Of a stretch of 49,221 nucleotides of DNA, positions 40,936 to 49,221 are shown piece by piece. How positions within the stretch are numbered: position 1 is the first letter of the stretch; every line of letters begins with the position of its first letter. Below the pieces are notes generated by a model that had not been told where the DNA came from, made no database searches, and saw only the letters and a program-made list of their open reading frames with translations. This DNA comes from an uncultured Rhodopirellula sp. GTDB lineage: Bacteria; Planctomycetota; Planctomycetia; Pirellulales; Pirellulaceae. The stretch spans positions 1-49,221 of the forward strand of contig CAXGAI010000034.1 of assembly GCA_964007735.1 (NCBI GenBank). The letters are read 5' to 3'. Made by a program: the position numbers and the translations under genes.

Positions 40936-41235
40936 ATGTTTGCCAAACACCACATTGTCCTACTATTGGTCATCAGCTGTTTCACCTTTTTGGGTTGTTC
41001 GTTGCCATTAACGGTCAGCGACGATTTTCAAGGTGTTAGTGGCGGCGTTGTACCTGCTCCGACGAATTCCCAACGGGCTATGAGTATTTTTGAATCAAAT
41101 CGAGCAGACAAGGCTGTGGATGAAGTTCCAGATGATAGTGATGTGATTAGTACCGCCGATGGAACGGATTCAAGTGACTCTTTGCGTGATGCTCAATTAG
41201 TTAGCCCGACGAGGTTTAGTCCGCTCATACCATAG
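40936..41235 (+). CDS. small putative lipoprotein
   Basis: MFAKHHIVLLLVISCFTFLG-C lipobox-like signal; low-complexity mature part; fills the gap between genes. Confidence 0.5.
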   Translation: MFAKHHIVLLLVISCFTFLGCSLPLTVSDDFQGVSGGVVPAPTNSQRAMSIFESNRADKAVDEVPDDSDVISTADGTDSSDSLRDAQLVSPTRFSPLIP

Positions 41236-41368
41236 CGTGCTATCGGCACTTTTCTATCGCTAGAGACATGCATTTGATGTCAATTGTTGGTATCCTTGCA
41301 GTTTGTACTTAGGCGGTTCTTTTCGCCTGACAATTTATGGAACGTTTGTCTAGCGAAAGCCAAGAGTG

Positions 41369-43345
41369 ATGTCTGACGAAAACCTTTCTGACGTTGATCT
41401 TTCATCGATTCAAGAGCCACCTACACGGTTCGCTAAAATTCTGACAAAGATAGGTCCCGGACTCATCATCGCCGGATCAATTGTCGGTTCGGGGGAACTG
41501 ATCGCCACCACGAGTACCGGTGCCAAGGCGGGGTTCACTCTCCTCTGGCTAATTATCGTTGGCTGTCTAATTAAAGTGTTTGTGCAGGTCGAATTGGGGC
41601 GCTTTACTCTGACCAATGGCATCACTTCTATTCGCGGCCTAAATATGTTACCGGGGCCCAAGATTGAAGGGAAAGGCAATTGGTTTATCTGGTACTGGTT
41701 CGTGATGTTTATCGCAATTATGTTTCAGCTCGGCGGCATTGTCGGAGGTGTTGGTCAGGCCATGTCTATTAGTATGCCACTCACCACGGAAGGCCGGAAT
41801 TTTAACGACTACCGAAATTCGGTCACCTATCAGTCCGTTTTGAGAGCGCAATATGACTTGGTAATGAGAAGCCAGCCAGCGAGTGAGGATCAACTTGATA
41901 ATCTCTCTGCTCAGGTATTGTCGAGTGAAATAGCTGCCTTCAAGGCGCTGGGGAAATTGGAGCCTAAAACGGATTTATTGGTGATAGACACGAAACCGGG
42001 GATTGCGTTTTTGGAGCGATTAAGCGAATCCATGGATCCAGATGAAGTCTACTTTCGCAACGCCATACTTTCATCCACTTCAATAACTGATTATGGGAAA
42101 GCGTTAAGAAGTGCTACTGAAGCGCAAGAAAAATATGAAACTGATGTTAAATTAGCCCGCGATTTAGGGGGAGAAGCCAGCACCGCCGCTATGGACCTAG
42201 CAATCAAAGAATTCAACGAAAGCCAACGCCTGAGTAAAGATCAGACAGAGTTGCTTTCCAGTCAGGTGAGGGCTTCGAAGGCGGCGGGAACTGATGTCAA
42301 TGTTGACGAAGTAATGGCTTTGGTTGACGAATATACAGCACTTCAGAATGTACCGGAACTTAAGGAGATCTGGGACGATAAGTATTATGCTATCGGATTA
42401 ACGCTGGTTACGATCGTCCTGTTAGTTGTTGGTCGTTACGGGTTCATTCAAATCTTTTCTACGGTATTGGTTGGATTGTTTACTCTGGTCACCATTGCGA
42501 ACGTCTTTGGATTACAGATGATGGATTCGGCAGCGACTTGGCGAATAACGTGGGCAAATATACAGGAAGGTTTGAGTTTTGGCGTTGGTGGTAGCGACTG
42601 GAGAGAAGGGCTCGGAGTGGCACTAGCGACGTTTGGGATTATCGGTGTTGGAGCGGCGGAATTGATTGCCTATCCGTATTGGTGCATGGAGCAGGGATAT
42701 GCAAAATTTACTGGTGTCCGAGATGATAGTGACGAATGGGCGGCCCGTGCCCGAGGATGGATGAAGGTAATGCAAGTCGACGCATGGGCGTCGGCGGTTA
42801 TCTATACGTTCGCGACAATTGCCTTTTATTTGTTGGGAGCCGCCATTCTTGGTCCCGATCGGGCCGATCTTCAGCCAGCCGGAGCTGACATGGTTCGGTC
42901 TTTAGGTGTTATGTACAAGCCGGTTTTTGGTGATGTTGCCGAATCGATGTTCTTGTTCGGTGCGATTGCCGTTTTGTATTCAACGTTTTTCGTTGCCACT
43001 GCTGGAAATGCTCGTATGTTCTCGGATGTGATAGGAACGTTGGGTTTTATTAGATCTGGAGAAAAGAGCTATCGAAAGTCAGTAAAGATAGCGAGTGGCG
43101 TTCTTCCTGCAATTTGTGGAATCACGTACTGCTTTGGAGTGGAGCCTGTGTTTGCGGTTTTACTCAGCGGTTTAATGCAGTCGATCATGCTTCCGATGTT
43201 GGGATTTGCGGCAATTTATTTTCGCTATAATTATTCGGATAAACGCATTGCTCCGTCGGCCTTGTGGGATTTCTTTGTCGTATTATCCGCTATAGGGCTG
43301 CTAATAGCGGGTGGCGTTGCGGTCTACACGAAATTGGGCTCCTAA
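41369..43345 (+). CDS. Nramp-related (APC fold) transporter with a large soluble insertion
   Basis: IGPGLIIAGSIVGSGELI, GFTLLW, ELGRF, FGIIGVGAAEL..YPYW, AFYLLGAAIL, GAIAVLYST; about 11 TM. Confidence 0.85.
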   Translation: MSDENLSDVDLSSIQEPPTRFAKILTKIGPGLIIAGSIVGSGELIATTSTGAKAGFTLLWLIIVGCLIKVFVQVELGRFTLTNGITSIRGLNMLPGPKIEGKGNWFIWYWFVMFIAIMFQLGGIVGGVGQAMSISMPLTTEGRNFNDYRNSVTYQSVLRAQYDLVMRSQPASEDQLDNLSAQVLSSEIAAFKALGKLEPKTDLLVIDTKPGIAFLERLSESMDPDEVYFRNAILSSTSITDYGKALRSATEAQEKYETDVKLARDLGGEASTAAMDLAIKEFNESQRLSKDQTELLSSQVRASKAAGTDVNVDEVMALVDEYTALQNVPELKEIWDDKYYAIGLTLVTIVLLVVGRYGFIQIFSTVLVGLFTLVTIANVFGLQMMDSAATWRITWANIQEGLSFGVGGSDWREGLGVALATFGIIGVGAAELIAYPYWCMEQGYAKFTGVRDDSDEWAARARGWMKVMQVDAWASAVIYTFATIAFYLLGAAILGPDRADLQPAGADMVRSLGVMYKPVFGDVAESMFLFGAIAVLYSTFFVATAGNARMFSDVIGTLGFIRSGEKSYRKSVKIASGVLPAICGITYCFGVEPVFAVLLSGLMQSIMLPMLGFAAIYFRYNYSDKRIAPSALWDFFVVLSAIGLLIAGGVAVYTKLGS

Positions 43346-43426
43346 TGCCCGTTGGTTCTCTGTTGTACATAACATCTATCTGATTTGTTTACCTCGATAT
43401 AAACCTACAAAGGTAATTACATAACA

Positions 43427-44656
43427 ATGTCTATTGCTCAATCTTCTTTTGTTAGCCATCTTGAGGGCGCTATAGATGGCAGTCACCTTGAACCGAATGT
43501 AGTGCAAACATTGCACGAAGGTCGTCCCATCTGGGTCCGTTACGATCTGGAAGCTGTAGGGCGGGCCATGGACCGATCCGATCTAATAGGCCGCCCATCC
43601 AGCCTTTGGAGATATAAGGAACTATTGCCGGTTTTCGACGACTCTAAGATCGTGAGTTTTGGCGAAGGTATGTCTCCTCTTTTAGCGAGTCCGCGATTAG
43701 GGGCGTCGCTCGGATTAAATGACCTCTGGGTTAAAGACGAATCGCAATTGCCTACAGGTAGTTTTAAGAGCCGCGGTATGGCGATGGCAGTCACGATGGC
43801 GAATCATTTCGGCATATCCAGTGTGGCACTGCCGACGGCTGGAAATGCCGGTGGTGCGGCGGCTGCGTACGCGGCACGTGCGGGAATGAGTTGTTATGTT
43901 TTCATGCCCGAAGATACACCCATTATTAATCAATATGAGGCTATCGCTTATGGCGCAAAGGCCTACCGAGTAAATGGTCTTATTAATGATTGCGGAAGGA
44001 TCGTTAATGAAGGTAAGCAAATAATGGGTTGGTTTGATTTATCGACCCTGAAAGAGCCGTATCGAATTGAAGGAAAAAAAACGATGGGGTTAGAGCTTGC
44101 AGAACAGTTTAACTGGGAGTTGCCAGATGCCATCTTTTATCCCACAGGTGGTGGAACAGGTCTTATTGGAATGTGGAAGGCATTCCAAGAACTCGCTGCG
44201 CTTGGATGGCTGGAAAACGACAAGATGCCGAGGATGTTTAGTGTCCAAAGTTTGGGTTGCGCGCCAATAGTCGAGGCGTTTAATAATAAAGAAAAACATG
44301 CAACTCCATGCGTAAATGCTCACTCCATCGCAAGCGGTATTAGGGTTCCAGCAGCCGTCGGAGATTTCATGATTCTTGACGCTGTCAGACAAAGTGGAGG
44401 ATCGGCGATCGGCGTGGAGGAGGAGCGTATCGGTGAGTGGTTACGCCTGGGGATGTCCAGAGAGGGAATCAGTATCTGCCCGGAGACCGGTGCTTGTATC
44501 GGCGCGGTAGAAAAATGTCTTGAAGATGGGATTATCTCGGCCTCTGACCGCGTTGTCATTTTTAATACGGGCGCTGCTCAGAAGTATTCCGAGGCGCTGG
44601 AGTGTGAGATCCCGTCGGTTGATAAAGATAATCCGATCGATTGGGCAACCATCTAA
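43427..44656 (+). CDS. thrC: threonine synthase
   Basis: SLWRYKELLP, GEGMSPL, PLP lysine PTGSFKSRG, TAGNAG, EPYRIEGKKTMG, YPTGGGTG, FNTG. Confidence 0.9.
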   Translation: MSIAQSSFVSHLEGAIDGSHLEPNVVQTLHEGRPIWVRYDLEAVGRAMDRSDLIGRPSSLWRYKELLPVFDDSKIVSFGEGMSPLLASPRLGASLGLNDLWVKDESQLPTGSFKSRGMAMAVTMANHFGISSVALPTAGNAGGAAAAYAARAGMSCYVFMPEDTPIINQYEAIAYGAKAYRVNGLINDCGRIVNEGKQIMGWFDLSTLKEPYRIEGKKTMGLELAEQFNWELPDAIFYPTGGGTGLIGMWKAFQELAALGWLENDKMPRMFSVQSLGCAPIVEAFNNKEKHATPCVNAHSIASGIRVPAAVGDFMILDAVRQSGGSAIGVEEERIGEWLRLGMSREGISICPETGACIGAVEKCLEDGIISASDRVVIFNTGAAQKYSEALECEIPSVDKDNPIDWATI

Positions 44657-44682
44657 GCGAATAGAGGCAGGATGTCCTTTCA

Positions 44683-45684
44683 ATGGCGCGAAATGAGCAA
44701 TTAATTCGTCAACACAGGTTGTTGCAGATTCTTGAACGGACGCGTTTCGGATACACGCTTTTGGAGTTGCGTGATGCGTTGAGGGATGAACTTGGTCTGA
44801 CTTCGCTACATACCCGCACCATACGCAGAGATATCGACGCACTGCAGGCTGCAGGCCTTGATATTGTCTCGCTCGAATTAGATCGAGGTAGGGTCTGGAA
44901 ATTAGGCGAAACTACTCGGACAGCTTACCAGATTAACGCCACGGCTACCGAGTTACTCGCACTGAGTGTGGGTAGGGATTTGTTAAACCCATTGAATGGA
45001 ACGTTTATTGGGCAGGGCATCACTTCTTTTTGGAACCGGGTACAGGACGCCGTGCCGGAAAATATATGGCAGCACTATGAACGCGTGCGACAAATTCTTT
45101 TCGTGAGCGGCACTCCGGTTAAAAACTACGACAGCCATCGGGGAATTCTGAAGACGCTGGAAAGGGCGATCCTTCAACACCGTTGGTGCGATGTTGTTTA
45201 CTCGTCTTTAACGCGGGAGAACTCGCAACGACGCATTTCACCCAGGGCTATTGTATTTTACAACGCTAGTCTGTACGTGATTGCCGAAGAAGAGAGTGAA
45301 CCGAACTCGGTCCGTCATTGGAAACTTGACCGACTTCAAAATGCGGAAATTTCAGATGATTATTTTAAGCCCGAGCAGGAAGATTATCACGACTATCTCG
45401 AGTCAGGAATTGGAATTTACGCGAATGAAGGATCTGTAGTTTACGAGATAGCACTTACAGATATCGGCGCGAGATGGGTGGAGGAAGAGCCCTGGCATCC
45501 AAAACAGGAAATTACTGCGGTTGGCGATGGCGAAATGATCCTGAAGGTACCGGGGAATCATGACATGGAGATCATCCCGCGCGTACTGGCCTTCGGCGAA
45601 CACGCGCGGATCATTTCTCCGGTCCCCTGCAAGGAGGCTGTAGTGGTAATCCTCAAGAGACTCTTGGAGAACTACGGTCATTGA
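44683..45684 (+). CDS. WYL-domain transcriptional regulator (wHTH-WYL-WCX)
   Basis: N-terminal HTH (RTIRRDIDAL), WYL region (Y.S..RRISP..LYVIA..RHWKLDRL), WCX region (WHPKQ..VLAFGEHARIISP). Confidence 0.92.
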   Translation: MARNEQLIRQHRLLQILERTRFGYTLLELRDALRDELGLTSLHTRTIRRDIDALQAAGLDIVSLELDRGRVWKLGETTRTAYQINATATELLALSVGRDLLNPLNGTFIGQGITSFWNRVQDAVPENIWQHYERVRQILFVSGTPVKNYDSHRGILKTLERAILQHRWCDVVYSSLTRENSQRRISPRAIVFYNASLYVIAEEESEPNSVRHWKLDRLQNAEISDDYFKPEQEDYHDYLESGIGIYANEGSVVYEIALTDIGARWVEEEPWHPKQEITAVGDGEMILKVPGNHDMEIIPRVLAFGEHARIISPVPCKEAVVVILKRLLENYGH

Positions 45685-45718
45685 TGCCTTTGTCCGTTTG
45701 GACTCCTGGAGCAAATTA

Positions 45719-46345
45719 CTAACTGTCGAAAATCGCTCCTACGTCCACGGCGTTTTCGATTTGAGCCTGATCTTCAAACTCGAGGAGGTCGCGGTCTGTC
45801 GGAAAACCGACCATGGATGCAAACAAAACGGTGGGTAGTTGTTTTCGATGTTGATTGAACCGTGTTACCTGATCGTTAAATAGCTCACGCGCCCTAGCGA
45901 TCTTTTCTTCCACGCTCGACAACTCATCCTGGAGTTTCACCATTTGGGTGTCCGATTTTAGTTCGGGATAAGACTCAGCGAGAGCCATTAACCTACCAAC
46001 CGACCCCGTCATAGCCTGTTCGGCTTGTGCAAAGGCGGCTACAGCTCCCGAGTCCCCTGGATTCGCAGCCGCATCACTTAAGGAAGTTTGCGCGTTGTTA
46101 CGTGCTGCGATTACACCCTCTAGGGTTTCTCGCTCATGAGACATAAATTGCTTTGCAACTGCGACAAGGTTAGGAATCAGGTCGTAGCGTTTTTTGCAGG
46201 CTACATTGATATCTGCGAACCCGTTGTTGGCCTCTTCGTCCCATTTCACAAGGGTGTTATAGGAACTCCAGACGACTCCAAGAATGATTATTACTGCTAG
46301 AACCAGTATGCCTACGCAAACTAATCCGATTGTGAGTCCGGTCAT
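45719..46345 (-). CDS. lemA: LemA family protein
   Basis: N-terminal TM, YNTLV, KRYDLIPNLV, HERETL, ESYPELKS, ARELFND. Confidence 0.93.
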   Translation of the reverse strand: MTGLTIGLVCVGILVLAVIIILGVVWSSYNTLVKWDEEANNGFADINVACKKRYDLIPNLVAVAKQFMSHERETLEGVIAARNNAQTSLSDAAANPGDSGAVAAFAQAEQAMTGSVGRLMALAESYPELKSDTQMVKLQDELSSVEEKIARARELFNDQVTRFNQHRKQLPTVLFASMVGFPTDRDLLEFEDQAQIENAVDVGAIFDS

Positions 46346-46609
46346 GGATAAATTCCTTAGGGCTGATGATAAACAATACCATAGTGTTATAAGCTAAAAA
46401 TGCAATTTAACGCAACTCGTGACCTAATTCGTCCGCCAATTTTCAGGATCCGCTATAAATTCAGCGAAATCATATCGCGTCTCACTGTTTTCTACTGACA
46501 TGGCAATAAGTAGGTTGCTAGGATAAAACGGCCATCTTACTCCAACGAGATGACTACATTGGAGTATTCGAGTCAAACATCAGTTAATTGGGGACATGCT
46601 GATTAAAAA

Positions 46610-47314
46610 ATGAAAACTCCCAATCGAAAGGCCGTTATTCTTTTAAGCGGGGGCTTGGATTCTACCACGGTGCTCGCGATAGCTAAGTCCGACGCCTATG
46701 ATATTACTGCGTTAAGTTTTCGGTATGGCCAGCGTCATGTCCATGAAACGGAACAAGCCGAGGCAATTGCTTCCAGTTTTGGCATTTCAGATCATGTCGT
46801 TGTAGATATCGACTTAAGAGTGTTCGGTAATTCGGCCCTTACTGATAATATCGCAGTCCCTAAGAGCCAGAATGTGGAAGATTTAACGGAAGAGATTCCC
46901 GTGACCTATGTGCCGGCAAGGAATACGATATTCCTGTCGTATGCATTAGCCATGGCGGAGGTCCGAAATGCAAACACCATAATGTTGGGTGTGAATGCGC
47001 TTGACTACAGTGGCTATCCCGATTGCAGACCTGAGTATGTCGATGCTTTTGAACGCCTTGCGAATCTGGCGACCAAAAGGGCGACGGAAGGGGACGGTGT
47101 GGATATCGTGGCACCCTTAATTAACATGACTAAAAGTCAAATCATTTCGAAAGGCTTATCGCTTGGTGTCGATTATTCAATGACCACAAGTTGTTATGAT
47201 CCTGATGACGATAACAGAGCCTGTGGATCGTGCGACGCCTGTCTTTTAAGACTGCAAGGCTTTCAGCAAAATGGACTTAAAGACCCAGCAGCTTATCAAG
47301 AAACGCTTGGTTAG
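46610..47314 (+). CDS. queC: 7-cyano-7-deazaguanine synthase
   Basis: [28 protein letters not shown], Zn site SCY..CGSCDAC. Confidence 0.97.
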   Translation: MKTPNRKAVILLSGGLDSTTVLAIAKSDAYDITALSFRYGQRHVHETEQAEAIASSFGISDHVVVDIDLRVFGNSALTDNIAVPKSQNVEDLTEEIPVTYVPARNTIFLSYALAMAEVRNANTIMLGVNALDYSGYPDCRPEYVDAFERLANLATKRATEGDGVDIVAPLINMTKSQIISKGLSLGVDYSMTTSCYDPDDDNRACGSCDACLLRLQGFQQNGLKDPAAYQETLG

Positions 47315-48363
47315 ATAAGAACGATTGCATGATCGTTTCTGGCCGTAACCGCCCCCACTACCTGAGGAGCAAAAGCCTGTTCGTCTGAAACTTCAGTAAT
47401 GAAAGATTGGGCGAAGCTCTCGGGTAATGAAACGAGGAGTCCTCCGGAGGTCTGCGGATCAAACATTAGTTCTAATTCAGGAGTCATATCAGTGCGGATC
47501 CCAGTGAGCCTGGCGAAGTTAGCCTTGCGATTAGACACAGAGGCGCGAGTGATATGACCAGCTTGAAAACAATCCAACGCCTCCGGCAATACAGGTAACG
47601 ACGAAGTTTCAATTTGCAACGTAACGTCGCTGCTATCTGCCATTTCAACAGCATGACCCGCGAGACCAAACCCCGTAATGTCGGTAACACCCGATGCCTG
47701 ACTGCGTTGGGCGGACCTTGCGGCGGCCAAATTGAGAGTCGCCATCGACGCGATAGCGGCTTCACTAGCAGCTTTGCTTGCCTTGCGGGCTTTCATAGCG
47801 GTGGTGACAAAACCGGTTCCCAGTGGTTTCGTCAAGATGAGCAGATCGCCAGGGCTGGCGGACGAGTTGCCTAGTAATTGTTCGGTCTGGCATAAACCAG
47901 TTACGGAAAGGCCGTATTTTATTTCGTCGTCTCGCACAGTATGTCCGCCAGCTGTCACCGCGCCAGCCTCTCGGACTTTAGAATCCCCACCGCGCAAAAT
48001 TTCTACAAGAATATCCAGTGAAAGTTTGTCATCTGGGAAAGCAACGATGTTAAGAGCTGTTACGGGTGTCGCACCCATCGCGAAAATATCAGAAAGGGAA
48101 TTCGCCGCAGCGATTTGTCCAAATGTATAGGGGTCATCAACTAGGGGCGGGAAGAAATCAAGTGATTGCACCATAAGACGACCGTCCGGAAGTCGGTATA
48201 CAGATGCATCAGAAAAACCCTCGGCACCGACGAGGAGTTCTTCACAATTCGGCGAATCTAATCGTTGCACTACCTGTGCAATAGCTTCCTGTGGAAGCTT
48301 GCCAGCTCAGCCGGCGCAATTCGCATAGTCAGTAAGTCGTTTCTTTCTTCCGAAGAAGCCCAC
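47311..48363 (-). CDS. selD: selenide, water dikinase (selenophosphate synthetase), selenocysteine-containing; in-frame UGA at codon 19
   Basis: From GTG 48363 it reads [27 protein letters not shown] and continues in frame into [56 protein letters not shown]; 350 aa. Confidence 0.93.
48274..48305 (-). promoter_or_regulatory. SECIS-like hairpin directly 3' of the selD UGA
   Basis: The mRNA reads CUG-GCAA-GCUUCC-ACA-GGAAGC-UA-UUGC-A-CAG, starting 1 nt after the UGA. Confidence 0.6.
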
Positions 48364-48481
48364 GTTCTTGGTTCCCTTGTCCAGTAGTAGCAAATCGGCG
48401 TTGCCCGTAACGTCCAGAGATGCGATATTAACTGAAGCTCCGGAATAAGAAAATATCAAACCACCCACTTGGATTTACATC

Positions 48482-49221
48482 ATGGCGGAATTCGCAGAGC
48501 ATCTTGTGCCGTTACTAGCTCTTACGGCAATGGAAATTGTATTGGGCATTGACAATATAGTATTCATTTCGATCCTTACTTCTAAACTACCGGCTAAGCA
48601 ACGGAAATCTGGACGGAACATAGGCCTCGGTTTGGCCTTAGGGACAAGATTGCTTTTGCTATTCGCCTTAGCGTTTGTGATGAGTCCTGAAAATGCAGTG
48701 TTTAGTAAATCTATTTTCAAGCTCTCTAGCCTAGGGATCCCCGTAGACTCGATAACGCACGGCTTTGAAAGTCTAAGCGAAGCTAATTCGCATGGGCTTG
48801 AACATGAATCCCATGACGAGGGTAGCGGTGCTAACAATCTAGACGAAATTGACGAGATTACGCTCCGGGATTTGGTATTGCTTCTCGGCGGAGCATTCCT
48901 GATTGGCAAAAGTGTTCACGAAATCCATAACAAATTGGAAGATGCCTCCGGACATGACGAAGGGGATGTTAAAGTGGTGACCTTTAAGGGGGTGCTTTTC
49001 CAGATCGCACTCTTAGACGTAGTGTTTTCCTTAGATTCGGTGATCACTGCCGTTGGTATTGTAAGTGAGCTTTGGGTTATCGTGGTGGCTATGGTGATAT
49101 CTATGCTAGTAATGCTAGCAGCCGCAGGACCCATATCGGCATTTATTGAAAAACACCCTACACTAAAAGTTCTTGCTCTCAGCTTTCTAATCCTCATTGG
49201 AATCATGTTGGTCGCCGAGGG
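48482..49221 (+). CDS. TerC family membrane protein (YegH-like), truncated by the window end
   Basis: Missing from the ORF track because it has no stop in the window; reads MEIVLGIDNIVFISI..FLIGKSVHEIH..LDVVFSLDSVITAVG..HPTLKVLALSFLILIG. Confidence 0.93.
   Translation, partial: MAEFAEHLVPLLALTAMEIVLGIDNIVFISILTSKLPAKQRKSGRNIGLGLALGTRLLLLFALAFVMSPENAVFSKSIFKLSSLGIPVDSITHGFESLSEANSHGLEHESHDEGSGANNLDEIDEITLRDLVLLLGGAFLIGKSVHEIHNKLEDASGHDEGDVKVVTFKGVLFQIALLDVVFSLDSVITAVGIVSELWVIVVAMVISMLVMLAAAGPISAFIEKHPTLKVLALSFLILIGIMLVAE

Noticed and set aside
46346..46609. preQ1 riboswitch upstream of queC
   Set aside because: I could not find the P1 stem plus A-rich tail pattern; an Rfam scan would settle it.
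46610..47314. queC plus WYL as an anti-phage system (QatC, CBASS Cap9, Dpd)
   Set aside because: QueC has canonical length and motifs, and no ATPase, TatD, TGT or cyclase partners are nearby.
48364..48481. yybP-ykoY riboswitch upstream of TerC
   Set aside because: The gap is short, is shared with the selD promoter, and shows no recognisable four-way junction.
48475..49206. Minus-strand ORFs 48475-48909 and 48916-49206
   Set aside because: They are antisense shadows of the plus-strand TerC gene.
1..49221. Genome-wide UGA reassignment as the explanation for the selD UGA
   Set aside because: TGA acts as a normal stop for apt, ogt, the sulfatase at 1709, DUF885 and the WYL gene.

Overview
A gene-dense bacterial chromosomal window (standard code 11), almost certainly from a planctomycete (Pirellulaceae-like). 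The lineage call rests on a PSCyt/DUF1549/DUF1553 + DUF1501 pair, two Cys-type sulfatases, a DUF6666-like protein, a TMEM143-like protein and the H4MPT-linked formyltransferase fhcD. Most genes are housekeeping or metabolic: a group-2 sigma-70, apt, ogt, tRNA-Arg(ACG), cnoX, sdhCAB, cysK, rluD, a UvrD/Rep helicase, thrC, lemA, queC, selD and a partial TerC. I see no CRISPR array, rRNA, transposase, integrase or phage gene. The main points beyond the ORF track are: (1) selD is a selenoprotein, starting at GTG 48363 and reading through an in-frame UGA in a CAG-U-AGK active site followed by a SECIS-like hairpin; (2) a 558-aa protein appears to combine a beta-rich N-domain, a long linker, two degenerate HU/IHF-like folds and a C-terminal membrane anchor, a candidate nucleoid-membrane tether; (3) fhcD is paired with a 5-formyl-THF cyclo-ligase; (4) an Nramp-related transporter has a ~200-aa soluble insertion; (5) a 644-aa charge-segregated disordered protein; (6) a possibly decayed accessory patch after the tRNA; (7) sigma-54-like and sigma-28-like promoter matches. 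All family calls come from reading motifs by eye; no database search was run.
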